A stretch of 42,796 nt of DNA from Patescibacteria group bacterium (GTDB taxonomy: Bacteria; Patescibacteriota; SICC01). Positions 35,201-42,796 of this stretch are shown here, one piece after another. How positions within the stretch are numbered: position 1 is the stretch's first letter; each line of letters begins with the position of its first letter. Under the pieces are notes generated by a model. The model did no database searches, was not told the DNA's origin, and was given only the letters and a program-made list of their open reading frames with translations. The DNA lies in assembly GCA_009694835.1 (NCBI GenBank), contig SICC01000002.1, positions 1 through 42,796 on the forward strand, read 5' to 3'. The translations under genes were made by a program, and so were the position numbers.

Positions 35201-35307
35201 AGATTCTCGCTCAGTCGCTTGAGCAAGCCTCGAGTGCGGGTGACAATACAAAGTCAGTGCAGATTGATGACAAGACTGTGTCGATTTCCTTGAGCAAAAT
35301 CTCCTAG
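32212..35307 (+). CDS. ileS: isoleucine--tRNA ligase
   Basis: 1031 aa. HIGH-type motif (PHYGN), KMSKS, and a CP1 editing domain. Confidence 0.96.
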   Translation: MPKKITIIAPKTNVSFPKLEQDVLKLWKKEGTFEQSLKQTKKGKRFTFYDGPPFATGLPHYGNLMQGIIKDTIPRFRTMQGRYVERRFGWDCHGLPVEYGLEKELGIKNRQEILEMGVGKFNDACRAIVLRYAGEWRAITERIGRWVDMDNDYKTMDPDYMESVWWVIKQLWEKGLLYEGRQSMHICPRCATPLSNFEVLQGYADRDDPAVYVKLPLRHDQDVSLLIWTTTPWTLPGNVLAAVNKHLTYVEVEHDGQRLVLAESRLAAVFPNNDYTLRRTLRAEELIGQQYEPPFPKRNLTGTSYEVVAADAVNADEGTGILHVAPAFGEEDMEIGKREQAAFIQHIDITGTITNEVPRYRGLQALDANQQIIADLKKSKRLLRSETIRHSYPHCWRCETPLLNFATKSWFVAVANIKPELLRTNEQITWLPESVKDGRFGKWLEAARDWSISRNRFWGNPLPIWRCPDGHLTVIGSLDELEKLSGKRPKDLHKQYVDKITFDCPECNGKATRIEDVLDCWFESGSMPYAKEHYPFQHKKEFEESFPADFIAEALDQTRGWFYTLHVLGVALFDSPTFKNVVSTGIIVAEDGQKMSKSKQNYPDPDKVLDKYGADALRLYILSSPVVRGDDLRFREKGLEEIQRNFVSTLYNVYSFFTTYAAVDEWSPPTKPSRQTNVLDQWVTSRLNSLTKETTEALEQNDLMTASRGLMSFLDELSNWYVRRSRRRFWKSDSDTDKEQAYATLYTVLTTFTRLAAPITPFITDHLYRELTGKSVHLAEWPTATGSKVDSDLERQMSVARQVVRLGLAARTQAGIKVRQPVAEATVVDRIKSGIVKNKSIVQLVSDELNVKKLAFITKESGFVKEVIQPVPSEVGPLFGREAQQVIEEIKAGKVQRKGQKVFVRGRELPEDAVRVTWAPVGDLVVESSADVVVAINPDLNEDLVDEGRARELIRAFQELRKSSGLDVSDRITATAETDNPDLERMLDAHHDLIATEILAQSLEQASSAGDNTKSVQIDDKTVSISLSKIS

Positions 35308-35311
35308 TTAC

Positions 35312-36427
35312 ATGAACGAACGAATCCGACATTTCGATTGGATACTAATGATTGCCGTGGCAATTCTGCTGACCTTCAGCGTAGCGGTAATTTACGCTAC
35401 GACTTTCTCTGATTCCGGCGGAGCCTCGGATGCTATCCAACAGACCTTGTTTGCCTTAGTCGGCTTCGGACTCGTCGTGGTATTTGGCGTGACCGACTAC
35501 CGCGTCTTTCGCCGCATGGCCGGAACGCTCTATGCGCTATCGCTCATATCACTTTTGTTGGTGAAGGTGATTGGGTCATCAGCACTTGGCGCCACCCGTT
35601 GGATTGATCTGGGGTTTTTCCAGTTCCAGCCCTCGGAGTTTGTAAAGATTGTGATGGTCATTGTGCTGGCCAAGATTTTTGCTGATCATCAGAAGACGCT
35701 TGATACTCCACGAACGTTTTTTAAGTCTCTGGCGTATACCTTAGTTCCGGTCGTTTTGGTGGCCTCACAGCCCGACCTCGGAACCGCCATGGTGATTTTG
35801 GCCACCTGGGCCGGCATGGCCATTGCGGCCGGTGTCCCGAAACGCTTCTTTGCCTGGGGAGTTGCCGCCGCCACCGCAGCCCTGCCAATTTTCTGGTTTT
35901 TCATTTTCCACGACTACCAGAAAAATCGATTACTGACCTTTATTAACCCAGCCAATGACCCGCTCGGTGCGGGCTACAACGTCAAGCAAGCGCAGATTGC
36001 GGTTGGTTCTGGCGGGATGTGGGGGCGCACCTTAGGGCAGGGAACCCAGTCACAACTGAACTTCTTGCCCGTCCAACACACCGACTTTATTTTTGCGGTG
36101 GTAGCCGAAGAACTGGGATTTGTGGGTGCTGTGCTACTGATCCTCTTACTCTTAACGGTGGCCTGGCGAGCCCTCTTGATTGCTCGTGGCGCCAAAGATT
36201 TCTACGGGTTTGAACTGGCTATGGGCATCATGGTCGTCATCCTCTTCCAAACTTTGATTAACGCCGGTATGAACATGGGCATTATGCCCGTCACTGGTAT
36301 CCCGCTGCCGTTTGTCAGTTACGGCGGCAGTTCGGTGCTGATGTTACTGTTCGCCGTGGGTATTCTGCAGAGTATCGCCTCACGCCGAGACAAGGGGCGA
36401 TTGGCCTCTAATCCTGTTCTTGGCTGA
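35312..36427 (+). CDS. rodA: SEDS-family peptidoglycan glycosyltransferase (RodA/FtsW)
   Basis: 371 aa, about 10 TM segments. Contains FDWILM, QPSEFVKI and PLPFVSYGGSS. Confidence 0.85.
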   Translation: MNERIRHFDWILMIAVAILLTFSVAVIYATTFSDSGGASDAIQQTLFALVGFGLVVVFGVTDYRVFRRMAGTLYALSLISLLLVKVIGSSALGATRWIDLGFFQFQPSEFVKIVMVIVLAKIFADHQKTLDTPRTFFKSLAYTLVPVVLVASQPDLGTAMVILATWAGMAIAAGVPKRFFAWGVAAATAALPIFWFFIFHDYQKNRLLTFINPANDPLGAGYNVKQAQIAVGSGGMWGRTLGQGTQSQLNFLPVQHTDFIFAVVAEELGFVGAVLLILLLLTVAWRALLIARGAKDFYGFELAMGIMVVILFQTLINAGMNMGIMPVTGIPLPFVSYGGSSVLMLLFAVGILQSIASRRDKGRLASNPVLG

Positions 36428-36460
36428 CTAATAGCGTTTTTTTCGGTACCCTAGTCAGGT

Positions 36461-36745
36461 ATGGCAACTTCTACCAAAGACGCGACCAACGCCGTCATCA
36501 AGACGGGCGGCAAACAGTACCTCGTTCACGAAGGCGATGAGGTGTTGGTTGAAAAGCTGACGGAAGAGAAGACGGTCTCGTTTAAGTCCCTGACTGACGG
36601 CAAAACCGTTAAGGCTAGTGTAGTCGGTCCGGAAAAAGGCCCGAAGTTAATCGTCTTCAAGTTCCGACCGAAGAAGAAGTACCGCAAGAAGACTGGTCAT
36701 CGCCAAGGGCTGACCCGAATCAAAATCGACAAGATTTCCGCTTAA
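36461..36745 (+). CDS. rplU: 50S ribosomal protein L21
   Basis: 94 aa. Contains AVIKTGGKQYLVHEGDEVLVEKL. Confidence 0.92.
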   Translation: MATSTKDATNAVIKTGGKQYLVHEGDEVLVEKLTEEKTVSFKSLTDGKTVKASVVGPEKGPKLIVFKFRPKKKYRKKTGHRQGLTRIKIDKISA

Positions 36746-36803
36746 GCGCGGCTCAGGTAGAATAAATCCATACTCGGCCACTAACTCCGAGGAAACAAAT
36801 ACT

Positions 36804-37574
36804 ATGTCCGTCATCGCGTTTACCAACCAAAAAGGGGGAGTCGGCAAGACGACTTCGGCGATTAATGTTGCCGCCGAACTAGCCTTGGCTGGTCATCCGA
36901 CCTTGTTAATTGACGCTGATCCGCAAGGTAACGCCTCAAGTGGTGTGGGGGCCAAAGATCGTACCCGAGGAACGTATGAACTGTTGATGAGTGATACGCC
37001 GCTCCGCGAGCTGACCCAATCAACCAGTGTTAATAATCTTGACGTCTTGGCTGCTAATGAACATTTAGCCGGTGCTGAGGTGGAGCTGTCTCAAGCCGAG
37101 GGGCGCTACGTGCGGTTAGCTCGAAAACTGAACAATACTCACTACCGCTATATCATCATCGACTGTCCGCCGAGTCTCGGCTTTTTGTCGATTAACGGTA
37201 TGGTGGCAGCTCGCCACGTGATTATCCCGGTCCAATGCGAATACTACGCTCTCGAGGGTTTATCACGATTGTCAGACACCCTGAAGAAAGTGAAACGCAG
37301 CTTGAACCCAGATTTAGAGCTGCTTGGGGTATTGTTAACCATGTATGACCGGCGTTTGAAGTTGGCTCAGCAGGTCGAAGCCGATGTCCGTCGGCATTTC
37401 CCTGACCGGACGTTCCAAGCCGTCATCCCGCGAAGTGTGCGGTTAGCCGAAGCTCCCAGCTTTGGTAAGCCAGTCTCAGTATTCGCCCGGTTAAGCCGAG
37501 GGGGCAACGCGTATAAAACAGTAGCCGAGGAGGTACATGTTAGAGCAGAACAGCGGGCTTGGCAGAGGGCTTGA
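36804..37574 (+). CDS. parA: chromosome partitioning ATPase ParA/Soj
   Basis: 256 aa. Deviant Walker A motif NQKGGVGKTT. Confidence 0.93.
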   Translation: MSVIAFTNQKGGVGKTTSAINVAAELALAGHPTLLIDADPQGNASSGVGAKDRTRGTYELLMSDTPLRELTQSTSVNNLDVLAANEHLAGAEVELSQAEGRYVRLARKLNNTHYRYIIIDCPPSLGFLSINGMVAARHVIIPVQCEYYALEGLSRLSDTLKKVKRSLNPDLELLGVLLTMYDRRLKLAQQVEADVRRHFPDRTFQAVIPRSVRLAEAPSFGKPVSVFARLSRGGNAYKTVAEEVHVRAEQRAWQRA

Positions 37575-38361
37575 CGCCCTATTGCCGGACACCGAAGACG
37601 ACGCCGTTACGGAAGTAGCGATTGCCGCCATCGAGCCGATGCCCGACCAGCCCCGGGGTCGGTTTCCGGAACGAGAATTACTAGAGTTAGCCCACTCAAT
37701 TCGCCAACACGGATTACTCCAACCGTTGGTTGTCACTGAAAGTCAGCAGGGAAAACATCAGCTGATCGCCGGCGAACGTCGCTGGCGAGCCGCCAAGTTA
37801 GCCGGACTTTCAAATGTTCCGGTGGTTATCCGCAGTGCGGACGAGCAACGTTATTTTGAATTAGCCTTAATTGAAAACCTCCAGCGTTCCGACCTTTCAC
37901 CAATTGAAGAGGCTAAAGCCTATACCCGGCTGATGGAAACTGGTCACGAAACCCAAGAAGCTTTGGCTAAGCGATTAGGAAAAAGCCGTTCTCGAATCGC
38001 TCAAATGGTTCGCTTACTCAACTTATCCGCCGAAATGCAGGCCGCATTAGAACAGCAAGAAATTACGACGGGTCATGCTCAAGCCCTGCTTTCACAAGAG
38101 GGTCAGATGCGTGAGCAGCTCTTCCGAGCGATTAAAGAAAAGAACTTGACGGTTCGACAGGCCGAATCGTGGGGGACCACCATTCGTGCCCCTAAAATAG
38201 TTACAGAAAAACCGAGCTGGTTGCACCAACTCGAACTCGACCTTGGACTGAAGATTGATCGGCAGGGAAGCAACGAGAAGGGCGCTCTAACCATTCGCTA
38301 TCACTCCGGCGAACAGCTAGAGCAGCTCGTCAAACGACTAGCCGGCAAAGACGGCGGCTGA
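37537..38361 (+). CDS. parB: chromosome partitioning protein ParB/Spo0J
   Basis: 274 aa. Contains GLGRGLDALL, GERRWRAAKLAG and an HTH. GGAGG lies upstream. 38-nt overlap with parA. Confidence 0.93.
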   Translation: MLEQNSGLGRGLDALLPDTEDDAVTEVAIAAIEPMPDQPRGRFPERELLELAHSIRQHGLLQPLVVTESQQGKHQLIAGERRWRAAKLAGLSNVPVVIRSADEQRYFELALIENLQRSDLSPIEEAKAYTRLMETGHETQEALAKRLGKSRSRIAQMVRLLNLSAEMQAALEQQEITTGHAQALLSQEGQMREQLFRAIKEKNLTVRQAESWGTTIRAPKIVTEKPSWLHQLELDLGLKIDRQGSNEKGALTIRYHSGEQLEQLVKRLAGKDGG

Positions 38362-38363
38362 GT

Positions 38364-39086
38364 TTACGGCTGCGCTAGTAGGGTCGCGCCGCTGAACGAT
38401 AAGTCGGGATACCGTTCATGTTTTACCACACCTACCTCGGCTAACGGGTAGACGCGGATCCAAGCCTTGCCGATCAGATTATCTTTTGGCAAAATACCCC
38501 AGGCTCGTGAGTCTGAACTTTTTTCTGGTTCACGGTTATCCCCTAAAACAAAGTACTGATCCGGCCCCAGCTCCCATTTAGTCTGACTGATTTCCGGAAG
38601 TGTCTTCACGCCAGCCGGCTCATACGATTCATCCAGCGTCACCCCGTCACGATGCTCAGCGTTAAAGATAATGACCTGGTTATTGCGTAACTCAACGGTT
38701 TCTCCCGGTAGGCCAATAATCCGCTTAATGAAGTTGGTGTCCGGTTCCGGCGGGGCTTTGAATACTACGACGTCACCGCGCTCCGGCTTGCCCAACTTGT
38801 AGGAAAGTTGATTAACCAAAAGATAATTACCATCATGAAAGTTCGATTCCATGCTTTCACCCTGGACGAAGAACGGCTGCAGTAAAAAGGCCCGGATAAT
38901 CACCGCGGCGATAATAATGAATGCCACAGTCTTGGCGATTTCCCACAAGGCGTGCAGAGCCCGTTCCGAACTTGAAGGCTGCTCAGCCTCAGCTGGGACT
39001 GTCGCAAAATCGGGATTCAGGGTCGGGTCAAAATCGCTTGATTTACGGCGAATTGGCGGTGGTGTTTGCTTTTGATCTTTAGCCAT
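38364..39086 (-). CDS. lepB: signal peptidase I
   Basis: 240 aa. TM anchor, GESMESNF (Ser box), GDVVVFK and GDNREPEKSSDSR. Confidence 0.9.
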   Translation of the reverse strand: MAKDQKQTPPPIRRKSSDFDPTLNPDFATVPAEAEQPSSSERALHALWEIAKTVAFIIIAAVIIRAFLLQPFFVQGESMESNFHDGNYLLVNQLSYKLGKPERGDVVVFKAPPEPDTNFIKRIIGLPGETVELRNNQVIIFNAEHRDGVTLDESYEPAGVKTLPEISQTKWELGPDQYFVLGDNREPEKSSDSRAWGILPKDNLIGKAWIRVYPLAEVGVVKHERYPDLSFSGATLLAQP

Positions 39087-39102
39087 ACGGAACTAGTGTA
39101 CT

Positions 39103-39276
39103 TAGACCAGAACTCATTTGACACCTCCGCACCGCTACGACCTTGCCAATCGGGCTGCGCCGCACTCACAACTCCTTGAAGTAGCGCTGCTACTCCTGCG
39201 TCGTTGTTCGCACGTCTCGCACCGCTTGACAATTCCTCGCCAGGCACGGAGGTGTTTGCATGAGTTCTAGAGTCTA
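39103..39276. repeat. inverted-repeat-bounded ~175-bp intergenic element (structured RNA or MITE-like)
   Basis: The left arm TAGAC-c-AGAACTCAT-ttg-ACACCTCCG (39103-39129) pairs with the right arm CGGAGGTGT-ttgc-ATGAGTTCT-aga-GTCTA (39247-39276). That gives 23 bp in three blocks enclosing 117 nt. The interior contains a direct CGCACCGCT repeat and a GTAGC-gct-GCTAC hairpin. Confidence 0.5.
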
Positions 39277-39315
39277 GGGGCTAGAGCCGGTATAGTTAGA
39301 ATCTGGAGGAAACCC

Positions 39316-40707
39316 GTGGTCCGACTCGCCAAATCTGAACAACCCGAACAGGACAAACCAGCCCCCACCAATCGGTCCCGCCCACAGAAGTCGGGGGGCA
39401 AAAAGCCGTCTACGGGACGGCGTCATTGGTGGAAACTACCCCTATTACTGATTTTTACCTTGGCCTTTGTGAGCTCTGGGTGGTTCACCTACAAAATCGC
39501 CTCAGCCAGCGACAAGATTTTCACCGCTAACGTCACCGGCGGTTCACTGCTCCTGAAGGGTAAAAAACTGAAAGACGCCGACGGACGGATTAATATTCTG
39601 CTGATTGGTATCGGGGGAGCTGGCCACGATGGACCAAACCTGGCCGACACCATCCAGCTCGTCAGTATTTCACCGAAAGATAAGTCGGTAGCGATGGTCT
39701 CGATTCCGCGTGACTTATATGTTCAAGTTCCTGATTCATACCAGAAGGTGAAAATTAATGAAGTCCATTCGATTGGTGAAGATAACGGCACCGAGGGCGG
39801 CGGGCCGGCTCTGTTGGAGCAGAAAGTCTCGGACATTACCGGCCAAAAGGTACAGTACTTTATTCGGGCGGACTTCGACGGGTTTAAGCAGGTGATTGAT
39901 TCGATGAATGGCGTCGACATCAATGTGCCCGAGCCAGGACTGTACGATCCGTACTATCCGCTTGGCTACAGCTACCAAATCGTCAACGTTAAACCAGGCC
40001 AACAGCACATGGCTGGCGAACTCGCCCTTGAGTACGCCCGCTCTCGTGAGACCACCAGCGACTTTGACCGCAGTAAACGCCAACAGCAAGTCCTGGTGGC
40101 CGCTCGCGACAAAGCCTTGTCAGTTCAGTACCTCACCAACCCAGCCAAAATTAGTCATTTAATTGATATCCTTGGCGACCACGTCAAAACCGACCTTTCG
40201 CTGGGCGAGGCCCAGCGGTTGGCCGAAATCGTCCGGGATATTCCAAGCGATAAGGTAACCTCGAAGGTCGTCGACGGTATGGATAGTGGACTGCTCTACG
40301 ACAGCGTCGGTCCGGGCGGAGCCTACATCCTCCTGCCGCGAAGCGGGGACTACTCCGAAATTCAACAGTTCGTCGCGCAACTGCTGTCTGATTCCGGTGT
40401 CCGTCAAGAACAGCCAAAGGTCGAAATCCAGAATGCCAGCGGCCAGAGTGGCCTCGCTAAGTCAGAGTCCGACTTATTGACCGGCGATGGCTTTAGCGTT
40501 ACTAGTGTCACCAACGCTCCCAGCACGGCGCAGCAGACAGTGGTCTACGATTACTCTAATGGACAAAAGTCAAAGTCAGTCGAGTTCTTAGCCAAGCGAT
40601 ACAACGCCCAGGTCATCAAACAACCTGGCCAGCGCACTGACGTCGATATGGCCATCGTTATCGGGAGTGACTACATCAAGAACTCCGGAAACCAAACTGC
40701 CCAATGA
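39316..40707 (+). CDS. LytR-CpsA-Psr (LCP) family cell-envelope phosphotransferase
   Basis: 463 aa, GTG start after GGAGGA. TM anchor, then INILLIGIGG...DTIQLVSISP..VAMVSIPRDLYV, and a C-terminal LytR_C-like domain. Confidence 0.88.
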   Translation: MVRLAKSEQPEQDKPAPTNRSRPQKSGGKKPSTGRRHWWKLPLLLIFTLAFVSSGWFTYKIASASDKIFTANVTGGSLLLKGKKLKDADGRINILLIGIGGAGHDGPNLADTIQLVSISPKDKSVAMVSIPRDLYVQVPDSYQKVKINEVHSIGEDNGTEGGGPALLEQKVSDITGQKVQYFIRADFDGFKQVIDSMNGVDINVPEPGLYDPYYPLGYSYQIVNVKPGQQHMAGELALEYARSRETTSDFDRSKRQQQVLVAARDKALSVQYLTNPAKISHLIDILGDHVKTDLSLGEAQRLAEIVRDIPSDKVTSKVVDGMDSGLLYDSVGPGGAYILLPRSGDYSEIQQFVAQLLSDSGVRQEQPKVEIQNASGQSGLAKSESDLLTGDGFSVTSVTNAPSTAQQTVVYDYSNGQKSKSVEFLAKRYNAQVIKQPGQRTDVDMAIVIGSDYIKNSGNQTAQ

Positions 40708-41810
40708 CTGAGGCTTCACCGTTATCTCACCGACCGGGTGTCCAACCGCCTTCGTTCGGCTGTCGCTGGTTGACCATCGCCGGCATTATTAGTTTAATCG
40801 TCGGATTGTCGTCCGGAGTCATTGGCGGCAAGCTAGCGGGTCACGAAAACCAGTCCACCGGGCAGACAAATAATCAAACGGTTACCCCGCAAGACAACAG
40901 CAGCGTCATCGATACGGTCAAGAAGGTTTCGCCGGCGGTTGTCTCCATCAACACTACCAGCACCGCCACCTCCTACTTCGGACCAGTCGATCAAAAAGGT
41001 GGCGGTACTGGATTCATCATCACCAACGACGGGCTGATTGGCACCAACAAGCACGTCGTTCAGGACGCCCGCGAGCTGACGGTGGTAGCCAGTGACGGCA
41101 AGCCCTATCCGGCTAAAGTAGTCGCCGTCGATCCTGTCTTCGACTTCGCCCTGATTCGAATCGATGCCAAGAACTTGCCCGTCGTCGACTTAGGTAATTC
41201 GGATAGTATCCAGGTCGGCCAAGAGGTGGTGGCCATTGGTAACGCCTTGGGTGAGTTTGAGAACACCGTCACCACTGGCGTCATCAGTGCTAAGCAACGC
41301 ACCATCCAGGTCGATCAAAACACCGTCTACGAAAACCTCATTCAAACCGATGCGGCCATTAATCCAGGAAACTCCGGTGGTCCACTAACCGCCCTGAACG
41401 CCCAGGTCGTTGGCATGAATACGGCTGTGGCTGGCGGATCACAGGGTATTGGCTTTGCGATTCCAGTTAACTTGCTCAAGCAGGCCGTCGACAGCTATCA
41501 GAAAAGTGGCAAAATCGTCCGCGCCTCATTAGGCGTCCAAACCCAAACGGTTACGGAAGGTTCGGCTAAACTCCAAAACCTACCAGCTACCAATGGGGCC
41601 TTAGTGATTCAGGTCATCCCGAGTTCGCCGGCCTCGAGCGCTGGGTTGAAAACGGCTGATATCATCACGGCCGTGAATGGTACCTCGGTGGACGCTTCAC
41701 ACTCACTGACTGGCCTGATTGGTAGTCACGCTCCAGGTGACGAGGTTGAAGTTACCGTGCAACGCGGCCGGGACGAGAAGAAGATCAAGGTCAAACTGAA
41801 CGAGCGGTAG
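40704..41810 (+). CDS. htrA: HtrA/DegP-family serine protease with one PDZ domain
   Basis: 368 aa. Catalytic triad context TNKHVV, D..LIRI and GNSGGPL. PDZ segment GALVIQVIPSSPASSAGLKTADIITAVNG. Confidence 0.92.
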   Translation: MTEASPLSHRPGVQPPSFGCRWLTIAGIISLIVGLSSGVIGGKLAGHENQSTGQTNNQTVTPQDNSSVIDTVKKVSPAVVSINTTSTATSYFGPVDQKGGGTGFIITNDGLIGTNKHVVQDARELTVVASDGKPYPAKVVAVDPVFDFALIRIDAKNLPVVDLGNSDSIQVGQEVVAIGNALGEFENTVTTGVISAKQRTIQVDQNTVYENLIQTDAAINPGNSGGPLTALNAQVVGMNTAVAGGSQGIGFAIPVNLLKQAVDSYQKSGKIVRASLGVQTQTVTEGSAKLQNLPATNGALVIQVIPSSPASSAGLKTADIITAVNGTSVDASHSLTGLIGSHAPGDEVEVTVQRGRDEKKIKVKLNER

Positions 41811-41996
41811 GGAACCGGCTGCCCGACACGAATCGAGCCGTTCGGTTTGACGGAAGGTTTGGTCGCTTTCCCATTCTTCGTAGTCTTCTTAGGCGCTTGC
41901 TTCGGGTCGGGTTTACCACACTTGATTCGGAAAGCTGAATAGCCTTCCGAGTTAGGCTCTCCGAAAGCTATTACATGATGGATTGACTGCTTCTGT

Positions 41997-42596
41997 TTAT
42001 TTGATTGGAGTGGTGTAAATCGGTCCGTTCGAGAGGTCGCCTTGCGGAACCTGATCAACTTTTTCCCTGTCCCTTTTTCGTTTTCCTAGCTCTTTTCCGC
42101 AACTCGAATCCTTAGCCTCGCTTTTATAGTCCCCGGCATTTTTCGGTCGTTCTTGCCCCGAATTTAGTTTATGGAGAGTAAAGGTAGCCGAAGGGTTTCC
42201 GTTTTCCTTGACGCAGACGTACTGGGTGCGGGGTGTACTAGGATCGAGGTAATAATTTTTGAAATTGACATTAAATCCCTGCCCGTTAACGCTCGGTAAA
42301 TAAACCTTACAGATTGCACCGTTAACACCGTTACGAGTAATTTGACCGTTCGGCGCAGTAACGTCATACCTATAGCCGTCAATGATTTTGTTGTTTTTTG
42401 CACAGACGTAGTTAAAGACCGTTTTTGGCATTGCCTGATCGTTTTGCTTCCCGTTAGCCTGAATATTTTGATATGCAGCGACTCTGAAATGAGGTTTGTG
42501 AGAACTACCGTCACTCGCAAACGTACTAATAGCCACGGTAACGCCTAAAGCCATCACTCCGGCGACGAGAACTTTAGATGCGTTTTTGAACTTCAT
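41997..42596 (-). CDS. secreted Cys-containing protein (unknown family)
   Basis: 199 aa. Signal peptide MKFKNASKVLVAGVMALGVTVAISTFAS. Mature part is N/K/G-rich with 4 Cys and a basic C-terminal tail. By eye the gene is more A+T-rich than the surrounding genes. Confidence 0.65.
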   Translation of the reverse strand: MKFKNASKVLVAGVMALGVTVAISTFASDGSSHKPHFRVAAYQNIQANGKQNDQAMPKTVFNYVCAKNNKIIDGYRYDVTAPNGQITRNGVNGAICKVYLPSVNGQGFNVNFKNYYLDPSTPRTQYVCVKENGNPSATFTLHKLNSGQERPKNAGDYKSEAKDSSCGKELGKRKRDREKVDQVPQGDLSNGPIYTTPIK

Positions 42597-42630
42597 GTTT
42601 ATTTGATGTGTTGGTTTTAGGAATTAGAGC

Positions 42631-42658
42631 AGCTTACCATGGGGGGGGTAAAAGTCAA
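42631..42658 (-). promoter_or_regulatory. sigma70-type promoter with a C8 spacer tract for the 41997..42596 gene
   Basis: The reverse complement reads TTGACT TTTACCCCCCCCATGG TAAGCT GCTCTAATTCCTAAAACC. The spacer is 16 nt. The region downstream of the -10 is homologous to the promoters at 1203 and 1550. Confidence 0.55.
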
Positions 42659-42724
42659 TCCCTGCCCGTGGTTGTGGCGTTATTTTCATCACGAGTGAAA
42701 TCGAGTAATGACTACCCCAACGTC

Positions 42725-42786
42725 ATCCTCGGGCTTGACCCGAGGATCAGTCTCGGGGTGCAACTGATTCCCGCCTTCGCGGGAAT
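42725..42786. repeat. pair of short extragenic palindromes
   Basis: ATCCTCGGG-cttga-CCCGAGGAT (42725-42747) and ATTCCCGC-cttc-GCGGGAAT (42767-42786). These are the sequence types that produce spurious ..DPRVKPEDD.. and ..IPAKAGI.. peptides in many genomes. Confidence 0.55.
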
Positions 42787-42796
42787 GACAGACTTA

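Noticed and set aside
36804-38361. Search for a canonical parS site (TGTTNCACGTGAAACA) near parAB
   Set aside because: I found no such 16-mer anywhere in the window. The CACGTG-containing hairpin at 6999-7021 is part of the repeat element, not parS.
41860-41890. Possible htrA terminator (GGAAGG-tttggtcg-CTTTCC followed by a T-rich tract)
   Set aside because: The stem is short, includes a wobble pair, and has an interrupted T tract. That is too weak to annotate.
41726-42058. 110-aa minus-strand ORF spanning the htrA / secreted-protein junction
   Set aside because: It overlaps the 3' ends of two better-supported genes. Its basic, low-complexity translation has no start signals.
1-42796. Possibility of an alternative genetic code (UGA recoding, as in some candidate phyla)
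   Set aside because: Well-recognised genes (rel, nrdJ, HIT, pgpH, rpsU) terminate at TGA at the expected lengths, and no conserved protein needs read-through.

Overview
About 42.8 kb of compact, mostly housekeeping bacterial chromosome, read in the standard genetic code (TGA, TAA and TAG all end recognisable genes). I support about 46 protein genes and found no rRNA, tRNA, CRISPR array or transposase. The gene order is Gram-positive-like: rpsA-infB-rbfA-nrnA; fmt-def; secDF; recJ-rel-hisS; rpsU-yqeY-pgpH-ybeY-dgkA; ftsA-ftsZ; nrdR-nrdJ; yggT...ileS-rodA; rplU; parAB; lepB; an LCP gene and htrA. Short or overlapping gene junctions, small proteins and many apparently leaderless genes suggest a reduced-genome lineage. 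Patescibacteria/Saccharibacteria-like is only a guess by inference. Items worth a second look: (1) A cobalamin riboswitch sits just downstream of the B12-dependent RNR gene nrdJ. It precedes a 593-codon ORF of unknown family that contains two recognisable genes, yggT and an MscS-like channel gene, in another frame of the same strand. That ORF ends inside the ileS T-box leader. (2) Small membrane or secreted protein genes at both window ends share a near-identical promoter/5' UTR cassette and an N-terminal ...STFA motif. One copy carries a G8/C8 tract in its promoter spacer. (3) An 89-nt double-hairpin element occurs twice, with compensatory stem changes. (4) A roughly 175-bp element with long-range inverted repeats lies between lepB and the LCP gene. 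(5) The -10 elements follow a consistent G(G)TAnnnT pattern, often 6-8 nt from the ATG. All functional calls rest on motif recognition by eye; no database search was possible.
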